A stretch of 64,000 nucleotides of DNA from Octopus sinensis (Eukaryota). The notes beneath the pieces were generated by a model that was given only the letters and a program-made list of their open reading frames with translations, was not told where the DNA came from and searched no databases. Numbering within the stretch: position 1 is the first letter of the stretch; every line of letters begins with the position of its first letter. Shown here one piece after another: positions 37,910 to 51,115 of the stretch. Where the stretch lies: the NCBI RefSeq assembly GCF_006345805.1, contig NC_043021.1:23994001-24058000 (forward strand), read 5' to 3'. The translations under genes and the position numbers were made by a program.

Positions 37910-38894
37910 ATATGTTTGTATCAGCATCTTTTCAGACTTCCATACCGCAAATAGTTAACAAGCCTATTAGAAGCCAATAATTATCGACGGCAGTAGTATT
38001 AATACTAAAGGATAACGTGGATACCTTGCCAGAACACACGAACACTGTATTTTTAACCTTAAAAGATACTCTCATATCAGCGCTTGCTGCATAGAAGCGC
38101 GCAAATAGATCGTAATAGATAAGAATCGTTTGTCATAGGCGCCGGAACTCCTATTTCACTTCACTTCATTCTAATGGAAATCGTTTTCCACTCAATTTTT
38201 TTCTACCAAATCAACTCACGAGGCATTGGTCAGTTTGGGGCTATAGTAGAAGACACTTGCCTAAAATACCGTGCACAAGGACTGAACTTACAACCACGTA
38301 GCTGCAAAGTGATCTACATAACCACCTAGTCATCCTTTATTCATAGATCCGAAAGAATTAAAGGCACAGTTGACCTCGGCAGGATTTGAAATCAGAACGC
38401 AGGGCACCAGAAACGATACAAACAGTCATTCCACTGTCCAGTTTGCCACCTCAATGTATTGGATCCCCTTCGGTTTAAACGATCTGAATTCGATTGTTTG
38501 ATCTCAACTGAATTACCTGCTCCTGAAGTAACATGCCAGTGGCTGAGTACTTCACAGACACACTCTAAGGCAGAATTAGGACGATACAATATGCGAGAAA
38601 TCTGTGCCTTTTGAATTATAGGTACAATCTCTCTCAAGGATTCCCACAGTTTCCGTCTACCCGAATTCAATCACAAAGTTATAGGTCCTCCCGAAGATTT
38701 AGAAAAATTACACTTGTCCCAAGATGCTGTCATGCACAATGGAATCGATCCTGAGAACCTGATTGCAAAGCGACCTGCTTAAATAAACCGTTCGTCTAGA
38801 CTGCGCCTGTAACCTTACAATAAATTAGTGGGAGAAGTAAAAAGAAAAAAAGACAAAAGGTAACATTACAGAGTTGCAATATGTTTAACGAGAA

Positions 38895-39712
38895 AGGTGG
38901 CGCATTGGCGGAAACGTTAGCACGCCGGGCGAAATGCGTAGCCGTATTTCGTCTGCCGTTACGTTCTGAGTTCAAATTCCGCCGAGGTCGACTTTGCCTT
39001 TCATTCTTTCGGGGTCGACAAATTAAGTACCAGTTACGCACTGGGGTCGCTAAAATCGACTTAATTCGTTTGTCTGTCCATGTTTGTCCCCTCTGTGTTT
39101 AGCCCCTTGTGGGTGGTAAAGAAATAGGTATTTCGTCTGTCTTTACGTTCTGAGTTCTAATTCCGCGGAGGTAGACTTTTCCTTTCATCGTTTTGGGGTC
39201 GATAAATTAAGTACCAGTCGCGTACTGGAGTCGATCTAATCGACTGGCTCCCTCCTCCAAAATTTCGGGCCTTGTGCCTAGGGTAGAAAAGAATATTTTT
39301 AACCAAAGATGGTGACATGGCCGAATCGTTCTCAGGCCGGGAAAAATGTTTAGCGGTATTTCGTCTGTCTTTACGTTCTGAGTTCAAATTCCACCGAGGT
39401 CGACTTTGCCTTTCATCCTTTCGGGGTCGATTAAATAAGTACCAGTTACGCACTGGGGTCGATATAACCGACTTAATCCGTTTGTCTGTCTTTGTTTGTC
39501 CCCTCTGTTTGGCCCCTTGTGGGTAGTAAAGAAATAGGTATTTCGTTTGCCGTTACGTTCTGAGTTGATATTCCGCCGAGGTTGACTTTGCCTTTCATCA
39601 TTTTAGGGTCGATAAATTAAGTACCAGTTAAGCACTGAGGTCGATGTGATCAACTTACCTCTCCTCTGAATTTGCTGGCTTTGTGCCAAAATTTAAAATC
39701 AGTATCTTTAAA
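38895..39712 (+). mobile_element. SINE family A, two dimeric copies in tandem
   Basis: Four repeats of the B-box/central segment (about 38950, 39130, 39360, 39540). Confidence 0.9.
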
Positions 39713-40020
39713 TAGAGAGAGAGAGAGAGAGCAAGAGAGAGAGAGTGAGAGAAAGAGGTTGGGAAGGAGAGAGAGGACGAGTGGGTCAGAAAGAGACAGC
39801 AAGTGAAAGAGAGGAGACTAGAAAGACAGAGTGTATGTGTGAGAGAGAGAGTGCGAGAGAAAAAGAGATGGAGAGGGAGAGAGAGAGACCCATCCTTCAA
39901 CTAATATTCAGCTGTTTCAATATTTAGGATTCACGCAGAGTTTGTTTCTTTCTTGTGGAATTTCTCACCTCGTTTCCCATTATTTAATGTCAAAACAGTT
40001 TTAAGTTATGTCATAAAACA

Positions 40021-40068
<48 letters not shown>

Positions 40069-40071
<3 letters not shown>

Positions 40072-40474
40072 TCTTTTACTTGTTTCAGTCATTTCACTGC
40101 GGCCATGCTGGAGCACCGCCTTTAGTCGAGCAAATCGACCCCAGGACTTATTCTTTGTAAGCCCAGTACTTGTTCTATCGGTCCCTTTTGCCGAACCGCT
40201 AAGTGACGGGGACGTAAACACACCAGCATCGGTTGTCAAGCAATGTCGGGGGGACAAACAGACACACAAACACACGCACATATATATATATATATATATA
40301 TACATACATACGACAGGCTTCCCCCAGCTTCCGTCTACCAAATCCACTCACAAGGCTTTGGTTGGCCCGAGGCTATAGTAGAAGACACTTGCCCAAGGTG
40401 CCACGCAGTGGGACTGAACCCGGAACCATGTGGTTGGTAAGCAAGCTACTTACCACACAGCCACTCCTGCGCCT
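40069..40474 (-). mobile_element. SINE family B, full length
   Basis: Family consensus. Confidence 0.92.
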
Positions 40475-40769
40475 ACATATATATATATAATGTCAACTTA
40501 ACATACGTACATACACAGATACATACTTATGTACGTAAATACGTGTATATGCACATACAAATATAAATCTATGCATACAGGTAAACATACATACAGGTAA
40601 AGGCGCAGGTGTGACTGTGCGGTAAAAAGCTTGCTTCCCAAACACATGGTCCCCGAATTCAGTCCCACTGCCTGGGAACTTGGGTACGTAGCCCCGAGCT
40701 GACCAAGTCCTTCCTTGCTTGTGGAATTGGTAGATGGAAATTGAAAAGAGTCTATCATATATATATATA

Positions 40770-41262
<493 letters not shown>

Positions 41263-41652
41263 TGTTTCTTGGGGGGGTTAAAAAAAAGGGGGAGAGGAAA
41301 AAAATTGATCAATAGGGATCGTTATCACAGAAATGTCAATATGAAGTGTAAAAGGGAGGACAGGTGAGGTTTACCCGTGGAAAGAAAAGCCTACGGAAAA
41401 GACCACGGTAACCTCGGTCAATGAAGTCACATGTTATATTTCTTTTTTTTTTTTTTGGCAAAGAAGCAACTCTCTGTATTAATTTTTACGGTTCATAGAA
41501 TCATAGTCAAGGTGGCTTCGTCATTCAGGCAGGTCGGCCCCGTGTTTCTCGAGCCATGCCTATAGAGCTTATCCCGAACGGGTAGCGCTTCTCGGTAGCA
41601 CCGCCAGGCCAGGGATCTCTGGAAGTTGTCCATATGATAAATAGATAGATAA

Positions 41653-41749
<97 letters not shown>

Positions 41750-41785
41750 ATATGTATATATATATATATATATATATAAATATAC

Positions 41786-41874
<89 letters not shown>

Positions 41875-41992
41875 ATATATATCACGTGATCACGTGATCG
41901 ACCAGACCATCAGATGTTACACATCGCTGGTCACAAAGCTTTCGCATTGTTTTAGCCTTCGAATGACGCCACCCCGCTGGCTAAGCGAGCAG

Positions 41993-42054
<62 letters not shown>

Positions 42055-42057
<3 letters not shown>

Positions 42058-42330
42058 CTAAGCAATAAAGGGTTTAGCAACGAATTGCCTTACCACATAC
42101 CGAATTTAGAAATAGCAGTCAAAGAGTTATAGCTATTTCTTCTACTAAAAAGGGAGATCTCAGTAAAAACAGCAATTGGAAGGCAGACACAAACAGGTGT
42201 CTGCCTTCCAATTGCTGTTTACTGAGATCTCCCTTTTTAGTAGAAGAAATAGCTATAACTCTTTGACTGCTATTTCTAAATTCGGTATGTGGTAAGGCAA
42301 TTCGTTGCTAAACCCTTTATTGCTTAGTAT
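42055..42330. repeat. 276-bp near-perfect palindrome
   Basis: Arms 42055-42190 and 42197-42330, loop AAACAG, only a 2-nt homopolymer length difference seen. Confidence 0.95.
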
Positions 42331-42426
42331 TACTTAAATTTTCCTCGAATGAGGCTTTTACATGCCGAAGACTACTTGGTGTAATTGATAATTATTCCAA
42401 ATTAATTAATTTCACCCTTCATTATT

Positions 42427-42485
<59 letters not shown>

Positions 42486-43049
42486 CATACATATGTTTAT
42501 ATTATATGTTGTTTGTACATATATATATATATATATAAATATATATCCTTATATGTATGTATATAATATATACATACATGTGTGTGTGTGAGTGTGTTTC
42601 TGCGTGTGCCTCCCTTAACAACCGTTGTTGTTTTGTTTATGTCATCCTAACTTAGTAGCGGTTCAGTTAAGAGATCGATATAATAAATGCAAGACTTTGA
42701 AAAAAATAAGTATTTACATCGATTTCTTCGACTAAAATCCCTTCAAGGAGGTGCTCCAGCATGGTCATTCTCAAATTACTTAAACAAGTAACATAAGAGA
42801 CATGCAATCATACATACATACATACATACATACATAAATACATACATACATACATACATACATACATACATAATCACTAAATCATCCATAACTTTTGTGT
42901 TATCCTCTCAAATTACACCAAAATCTCAGGCAATAACAAATAATATCGTATTTATTGTTTGTGAAAATTATAGAATATAAAACAACTTTGATAAAAAATC
43001 ATATCTACTTTTCTGACGAAAACAATGCCGTTCTGAACATTTTGGCCGC

Positions 43050-43086
<37 letters not shown>

Positions 43087-43194
43087 ATAAATAAAATATA
43101 TGCATGCATACAAACATATATGTACGTACCTACATCTACATGTATATATACATGCATATATAAATATATATACGTGAGTACAGGACACTGCAAC

Positions 43195-43560
43195 TAGACG
43201 TAGAACTCAACGAAATACGAAAACGGACAAGCCATATTTTTACAACAAAAAAACAGAGACGAAACGAAAACGGGAAAAACAGTATTTTTTACAACAGAAA
43301 AACAAGGTACAGGACAAACCACACAGGAAAAATCCCCAGTTCATCAGCTGTTTCTAGCTAACTCAAGCGTGTTTCGAAGGATAAAACAGGACACGACTCG
43401 TCAACTAGCGAGAGAATTAAAATAAAATTGCCTCGCATAGGGGCAAAAACAGACAAGAAAAACATGTGACAAAAACAGGACATAAAAACGATACAAATGC
43501 AAAATAAAATAAAATACAAGATAAAGATACACGTACAAGAAAATACAAAACGAGAAATAA
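43195..43560 (-). mobile_element. Pyrimidine-rich repeat, diverged copy at 46628-46980
   Basis: Shared layout incl. CCTTCGAAACACGC...CAGCTGATGAA. Confidence 0.6.
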
Positions 43561-44090
43561 AAAGAAAATACAATACGAAAAATCAAAAGGCAAGAAAACA
43601 AACGAGAAAAACAAAACGAAAAGGCCTTTGTTTGGCAAGACGAGGATGTTGTAGTAGCAGCGCAAGGGAACACGTCCTTTCAGCTTGAAAGCAGGAGGCG
43701 AAAGGAAGTGGCGAAGATGAGGAAGAGAGAGGGAGAGGGAGAGAGATAGAAGAAGAGAAGCGGCAAGAGAGAGAAGGGGAAGAGTGAGCAAGAGAGAGTT
43801 TTTACGTCCTGTCAGAAGAACTAGGTCTTATTACTATTCACCCTTAATATTGCAAACCAGCTTTTAACAAGCTAGCCTTTTATCATTTTCACTATTAATT
43901 ATGTTTGTAAGTCCATACTTCATTGACTGTATAGGTTTAAAAATCTGCATTTACGATTTGCTCTATCTCCCATGTTCACAATATATATTTATATGTTCTT
44001 ATTTATTGGTAAGTGAAAATTAATCTAGGTTTGTACTTATTTGCTATCTTTTACTTTTTTAGTTTTTGTTTATTCTAATTGTAAGCAGTT

Positions 44091-44482
44091 ACTCTTTTAC
44101 TCTTTACTCTTTTACTTGTTTCAGTCATTTGACTGCGGCCATGCTGGAGCACCGCCTTTAGTCTAGCAAATCGACCCCGGGACTTATTCTTTGTAAGCCC
44201 AGTACTTATTCTATCGGTCTCTTTTGCCGAACCGCTAAGTGACGGGGACGTAAACACACCAGCATCGGTTGTCAAGCAATGCTAGGGGGACAAACACACA
44301 CATATATATATATATACATATATACGACAGGCTTCTTTCAGTTTCCCTCTACCAAATCCACTCACAAGGCATTGGTCGGCCCGGGGCTATAGCAGAAGAC
44401 ACTTGCCCAAGATGCCACGCAGTGGGACTGAACCCGCAACCATGTAGTTGGTTAGCAAGCTACTTACCACACAGCCACTCCT
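44091..44482 (-). mobile_element. SINE family B, full length
   Basis: Family consensus. Confidence 0.92.
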
Positions 44483-44803
44483 GTTATTTTAATATAATTT
44501 AATATAAGTTATTTTAATATATTTAGAAACATTATTTGATAGTTTGTGTTCTTACTTATACTTGTCTATTTAATTAATGATATCGATGTATGATTCTTTT
44601 TTATCATACACACAGTGTTTGTTTTTATCTAAAATCATTTAGATACAAAGAAAGTATATTTATCTTTAAGAAATAGTGTTTACTTTAATTAAATTCATTT
44701 GAGTTCAATAAATGTATATTTTTAATTTTATGAGCAAACAATATTGGTATAATTTATTTAGATATATTAGATCATTCTCCTATTTATTAATGGTATAGAA
44801 GTG

Positions 44804-44839
<36 letters not shown>

Positions 44840-45629
44840 TGTGTGTGTATGTGTGTAGTAAATGAAAGACTGAAAATGGAATATACGATGAATATCATAT
44901 TCACTGTGCTTGCTTCTCAAGCACATGGTTCCGGATTCAGTTCCACTCAGAATATTACTATCGTGAGTCGAATATCCCGAGCCTCTAAACCACGCGCCTT
45001 CACGATATTTCAAGAATCCTACACGCATTTATATGTAGTTTAGCAAGATGCAGTTGGAATGAATTTTGAGTATTTGTTAACATAATTTACTTTGATGTAT
45101 GGATTAATTAAGTTTATCTTTAACCTCCCCATTCTTATAAACACCAAGTAGCTATTTAGCTCGCTTTGTGATCGTGAGTGCACCAAACCACACTCATGCG
45201 TATTCCTACATTTTCGCGGTTGCTTGTATGAGCGAGTGTACTCGCGCCATGCAGCTTGTGTGAGGACGTTCATACTTCCATGTCTCTTAACGGTTATTTT
45301 TAATACTTTTCTCGCTGTATTGTGTGTTCGCTTCTCTTTTGCATCTGTGAATTTATTTTTGATCTTCTACATAAATGAAGATATTTCCTTCGTTTTGCTG
45401 CTTTTCTTTCGACAAAATGAAAAGATACGTTGGGGAAATTATTTTAACGCGTTGCATCTATTTATCACCCGATGAAAGATGTCAACACCACCGGCTGCTC
45501 TTGTACAAGCTGTTAAGTGTCGCACCCCTGAGGGATCGATGCTAGATGTGTCGAACCAATTGTGATTAATAATAAAATTTCTCGTATATTCCATTTTCGA
45601 TCTGTCCTTTAATATATGATAGATCGTTA

Positions 45630-45793
45630 GCTCCTACACGCATTTTTTTCTCTCCTTGTTTTTTTTCTGTGTATCTTTCTGTCGAAGAGCGTAGGCTCGA
45701 AACGTAAAAGACTTGTTCTATTTCTATTCCTGAGTGCCATACTAATACATTTGTTTGTTTGTACTCTTTTGTTTATTTTCGTACACCTTCCCG

Positions 45794-45795
<2 letters not shown>
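45630..45795 (+). mobile_element. Short (TA)n-abutting repeat carrying a minimal hammerhead (Penelope-derived or retrozyme-like)
   Basis: Second copy inverted at 47090-47328; doubly deleted relative at 26597-26712. Confidence 0.7.
45674..45711 (+). ncRNA. Minimal hammerhead-like motif (A6 to U variant)
   Basis: UCUUU-CUGUCGA-A-GAG cguagg CUC-GAAAC-GU-A-AAAGA; ACGU palindromic helix III. Confidence 0.6.
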
Positions 45796-45840
<45 letters not shown>

Positions 45841-45861
45841 GAGATTCACGAGTGAATATAC

Positions 45862-45927
<66 letters not shown>

Positions 45928-46435
45928 GAGTTGTGCTGAAAGTTTCCTTGCTTTGGGTAAAAGAAAATACAAGAGGTTCAGATAATTATGATTTTATTCA
46001 ATATATTCCCCTCTCAGATTCACACAATTATTGCGGTGGTCCTTCAGTTTTTCTAAGCCTTGTAAAAGAACTCGGAAAATCGAGTCTCCAACCGGGCCAT
46101 TCACGACACTCTTAAAGCCAGGACTCCCCTTCGTTTACACTATGTAGTAAGTATTGAGTAATTCTTCAGTTTAATCCAAATTGTCAGCAGCAGTTTCTGC
46201 TTACTAAGTTCACTTGTATGGTATTGTTAGCCCTGGGGCTAAAGTAGTAGAAAGATACTCGCAGAGGAACGGAACCACAAACCAAGCATTTGCGAAGCGA
46301 GCTTCTTAGCACTACAGCGACGTCTCTTATACAATATTTGTGCATCTTAATGTGTGTACACATGTTTACCATGTTTACACATACACACACACTCACTTCT
46401 GTGTCTATACTGGTGCGTGTATGCGTGTGTGTGTG

Positions 46436-46475
<40 letters not shown>

Positions 46476-46594
46476 ATATATGTATGTATATATATAATTT
46501 AATAAATAAAATATATGCATACATATATGTACGTACCTACATCTACATGTATATATACATGCATATATATATATATATATATATAATATATATA

Positions 46595-46627
<33 letters not shown>

Positions 46628-47018
46628 AGTACAGGACACCACAAATAGACGTAGAACACAACGAGAAACGAAAGCATAAAAACAACTAGGAAACGGACTT
46701 TTTTTAACAACGAAAAAACAGAGTACAAGACAAACAATACAAGGAATATTCCCCTTCATCAGCTGTCCCTGGATCGACTCAATGCGTGTTTCGAAGGTAA
46801 GGAAAGAACACGACCCGTCGAACCAGTCCTTCCTGCGAAAGAATTAAATAAAATTCCTTTGCAGAGGGGTAAAAACAAGGAAAGAAAAAAATGTGACAAG
46901 AACAGGACGTAAAAGCAATACAAATAAAAATACAAAAAATACAGTACACATAAAGAATAAAAACAGGACAAAGAAACCAACATTGAGGGCCTTATATATA
47001 CACATACATACATATATT

Positions 47019-47089
<71 letters not shown>

Positions 47090-47091
<2 letters not shown>

Positions 47092-47326
47092 CGGGAAGCT
47101 TTATGAAAATAGACAAAAGACGAAGGCAGGTTTACGGAAATAAACAAAAGACGAAGGCAGGTGGAATACAAACAAACAATTGTATTAGTATGGCGCTCAG
47201 GAAATATAAATAAAACAAGTCTTTAACGTTTCGAGCCTACGCTCTTCAACAGAAAGATACACAGAGAAGAAACACAGAAAGAAGGAGAGAAAAAAAATGC
47301 GTGCAGAGGCTAGCGAATCAACATGG

Positions 47327-47328
<2 letters not shown>
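47090..47328 (-). mobile_element. Second copy of the hammerhead-bearing short repeat, (TA)n on both sides
   Basis: Reverse complement similarity to 45630-45795; internal about 33-bp duplication. Confidence 0.7.
47220..47257 (-). ncRNA. Minimal hammerhead-like motif (A6 to U variant), second copy
   Basis: UCUUU-CUGUUGA-A-GAG cguagg CUC-GAAAC-GU-U-AAAGA. Confidence 0.6.
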
Positions 47329-47364
<36 letters not shown>

Positions 47365-47665
47365 CATCATAAATCAAAAAGCTACGCATTATAGCCAAAG
47401 GCTGGCAGTTTGTCTTCTTTTGATCTGACCAGTGAAGGGAAAAAAGTCATTTACTTACAAACTTTACACACGGTTGTTTATGTGTTATTGGTGTCCTCGT
47501 TTTTATCTACCGCGCTGTCACTACACACCATCTGGTATCTAGTGTCGACCGAAGTTTTATAATTAAAATTTAGCAAACGGAAATTTGCAGAAGCTGGAAC
47601 GTACAGCGGGGGATGTTCCAATGCTTCAACCCTTGATAATTTTTCCTCTTCATATAAAAGTGTTC

Positions 47666-48084
47666 GGATCTTTTCGGTTTGAACGGCAGTTTTTAACATA
47701 ATTTCTAGGTAACTAAAAAATTTTAAACTTCGTATACTGGTAGAATGTGTTTATAAAACATCTTTTTCTCTTGGCTTTATTGAGAAAATTCTATGGTTTG
47801 TAAGATATTTGTTGTTGTTTTTTCTTCAATTTCTGCAATTTCAACCAATCAGTGACGTCTATTGAGGTAAAAAAACATTCTGTGCCGTATGAATATGTCC
47901 CTCGTTTAAGAAACAGATTGGGTTTATCTACATTTGTGAAGAAAAAAAGCTACCCTCCCCCCCTAACCTAACCGTAACCCTAAAACAGATTGAAATGCAA
48001 TAGATCGATTCTAGGGTCATAATTATGGGTGACAATTTCATATGACACCGCTAGAAAAAACTGCCGTTCAAACCGAAAAGATCC
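47666..48084. mobile_element. Non-autonomous TIR DNA transposon, 8-bp TSD (Merlin- or hAT-like)
   Basis: Perfect 29-bp TIR GGATCTTTTCGGTTTGAACGGCAGTTTTT; TSD AAGTGTTC at 47658-47665 and 48085-48092. Confidence 0.9.
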
Positions 48085-48329
48085 AAGTGTTCTTTCTCAT
48101 CCAAACGACTGGCCCTTTACTTTAGAATCAGAAGATATTTCAGCCCCTTCTGCTTTACTAAATAACTGTCATTCTTCAAAGATTAGATGAGGTCTGCTGC
48201 ACCGATTAGAACAAAGAAGGGGGGAATAATAAACTTCAATGCTGGTTCCTCGGTTAACTTTGTAGCTCTGCAGCAGACAAATGGCATAAAAAGAGATTGC
48301 AACTAACAGTGGAAGCTCTTGTATTTTAA

Positions 48330-48700
48330 AGCCTTCTGAAATATACATTAAGGCCTACTATGAAGCATTGCTTCTACAACCGCGACAGCTCTTTCAAGAA
48401 AGTACCACTCTACTGACCAGTGGACTTGTTGGTATAAAATCCTTTAATCACAAACATGCCCCTATGTCTGCTCCACAGTCGCACTGTGTTGTGCTCTTCC
48501 TATTTGTTCTATCGATTCTATAATGACCTGTGCTTCCAAGAAGCTGACCGGCTTCAGACCACTTACATTCAGGTATTTCTGACCCACCCATCTCTTCTCC
48601 TACCTTTACTCTTTGTTGTATTCAAGTTTGTCACTAGCTGCAACATCAAATCTTTGATTCTTGGGACGTTAGCTCACGATAACCCGGTTATGTGACGTTA
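48330..48700 (+). mobile_element. Old LINE C-terminal fragment
   Basis: LFYRFYNDLC...EA motif typical of Jockey/L2-group ORF ends; heavily decayed. Confidence 0.45.
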
Positions 48701-49329
48701 TAGCACATATGTTTCGTGCCACCTACTTGGTATCGTTGATTCGACGCTGACTTATTTGACATCAGATGTTTTAATGTTTCTCTAGTTCTCTACCTCTTCG
48801 TATCTCTTCCTCTCTGTCGTGCATCCTCCCTTTACATCTCTGTATGTATCTCTCTCCTTCTCTATTTATGCGTGCGATCATATTTCTCTTTTTGCGTAGG
48901 AGAGGAAAAGTGTTTATGTCAATCGTGTCCAATTTATAAACTGTAATATCTCACTCTCGTTCTATCATGCTGTATATGTCTGCACATACGAAGGTGGGTG
49001 CGCGTTTGTGTGTGTGTGTGTGTTTGCTTGCCCCTTGTGCCAAAATGCCGTCACCAAAACGAGCTGAGTGTACTGTTAGCCGTGTAAAATCGTCAGCGCC
49101 CGAAAAGCTGCGCCCAGTCTGAAACGTCCCTCTCTTCTCCTGACTTGTTCGTTGCTATTTATTTACAATAATTAAAGAGGCACATTAATTCTCAGTAATA
49201 TATTACCCTGGCAATTGGCAATAAAAGAAATGTCACATCTTTCACAATATCATAACTGCTTCAGAATACATTTAATATTTCAAGCGCAAAAAGCAAAATC
49301 GTTCGCTCACTGGAAAAATACTTAGCGAC

Positions 49330-49700
49330 GAATTGCGTAGCCGTATTTCCTCTGCCGTTACGTTCTGAGTTCAAATTCCGCCGAGGTCGACTTTTCCTTT
49401 CATCCTTTCGGGGTCGATTAATTAAGTACCAGTTACGCACTGGGGTCGATGTAATCGACTTAATACCTATGTCTGTCCTTGTTTGTCCCCTCTGTGTTTA
49501 GCCCCTTGTGGGTAATAAAGAAATAGGTATTTCGTCCGTGTTTTTTTTTTCTAAGTTCAAATTCCCCTGAGGTCGACTTTGCCTTTCGATCTTTTGGGGT
49601 CGATACAATAAGTACTAGTTGAACATTGGGGTCGATGTAGTCGACTTAACCTCGTCCCCGAAGTTTCTGGCCTTGCGGTAAAATTTGAAACCAGTATTTT
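49330..49700 (+). mobile_element. SINE family A dimer
   Basis: Same dimeric layout as 38895-39300. Confidence 0.85.
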
Positions 49701-49774
49701 AAGCGCATAAGAAGCGGTATGAGATGGCAGAATCTTTAGCAGAAAATGCTTAGCGGTAAGGAGTTTCCTTCTCA

Positions 49775-49990
49775 AGTACATGGCACCTTGGGTAAGTCTT
49801 CTAATATAGACCCGGGAAGACCAAAGCCTTATGACCGAATTTGGTACACGGAAAGTGAAAGAACATATATATATATATATGCGTGTGTGTTTGTCCCCTA
49901 CCATCGACTGACTACTAGGGACGTAAATGAACAAATATCTGTAGTCACTCGATGGTAGGGGAGAAACACATACACACACACATATATATA

Positions 49991-50035
<45 letters not shown>

Positions 50036-50188
50036 CGATGGGCTTCTTACAGTTTCTGTCTGCCAAATCCACTCACAAGGCTTAGTAGAAAACACTAACC
50101 CAAAGTACCACACAGTAGGACTGAACCCAAAACCCGGAACTATGTATTAGGAAACACGCTTCTTGCTACACAACCACGCCTGCGACAT
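49775..50188. mobile_element. Two diverged SINE family B 5' halves, tail-to-tail
   Basis: Plus 49775-49930 and minus 49945-50188. Confidence 0.65.
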
Positions 50189-50383
50189 TTAAATTATATT
50201 ATTTTTTATACATATTTTTCATCTCTCCCTGAGAAGTCTTAATGAATAGAAGGCTAAATGTTTAAGCACGATATGAATACAAATAGAATGGTAAGATGGA
50301 AGAGAAAACTGAAAGCGTGATACTATCATTATTGTATCTGCAGGACATAATTGTTGCTGTTGTAAGTATTGTTCATACATTGT

Positions 50384-50610
50384 TAAACAATGATAACATT
50401 AAACGATGATAACATTAAACAATGTTAACATTATACAATGTTAACATTAAACAATGATAACATTAAACAATGTTAACACTAAACAATGTTAACACTAAAC
50501 AATGTTAACATTAAACAATGTTAACACTAAACAATGTTAACACTAAACAATGTTAACACTAAACAATGTTAACACTAAACAATGCTAACATTAAACAATG
50601 TTAACATTAA
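50384..50610. repeat. 16-bp minisatellite, 14 units (TAAACAATGTTAACAY)
   Basis: Counted directly; no unique spacers. Confidence 0.95.
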
Positions 50611-50650
50611 TACAAATGCAGGTATAATCACAATTATTATTATTATTATT

Positions 50651-51115
50651 GTCGGCTGAAATGTTCATAGGCTGAGCAAGACCCTCTCATGGAATGGGAC
50701 CAAATGAAGTTCATTTTTTAACATAGTTGCCATTACTGTCCATCAGTTGTTGGTTGGCACTGGTGAAGAAGCTTTCATCCTGTTGGTCAAAATAGTCATC
50801 AGCAGCAGATATGACATCCTCATCACAGTGATACTGGTGCCCAGGTGAGTGTTTTTCATGTTGAGAAACAGATGATAATTAGATGGAACCAAATCACTAA
50901 AATAGGGAGGCTTCGAAGCCAGTCACACACAGCAGCCATTGAAACCAAGGACGTGTGTGCTGAAGCATTGTCCTAATGAAACAAGACCTCTCCCCATTCA
51001 TCAGTTTTCCTGGGCGCCTTGGTCTTGATAGCCTTTTGTAACTGCTTTAGCAAGTTTGCACTGAACTTCTCATTGTTGGTGCGATCATTTTGAAAATAGT
51101 CAATTAACACAATAT
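50651..51115 (-). mobile_element. Mariner transposase C-terminal fragment and end
   Basis: VLFH*DNASAHTS, PYFSDLVPSNYHLFLNMK, GNYVKK*; mariner-like terminus GTCGGCTGAAATGTTCATAGGCTG. Confidence 0.75.

Noticed and set aside
50384-50610. CRISPR-like appearance of the 16-bp array (and the 63-bp array at 57470)
   Set aside because: No unique spacers, no cas genes, eukaryotic context.
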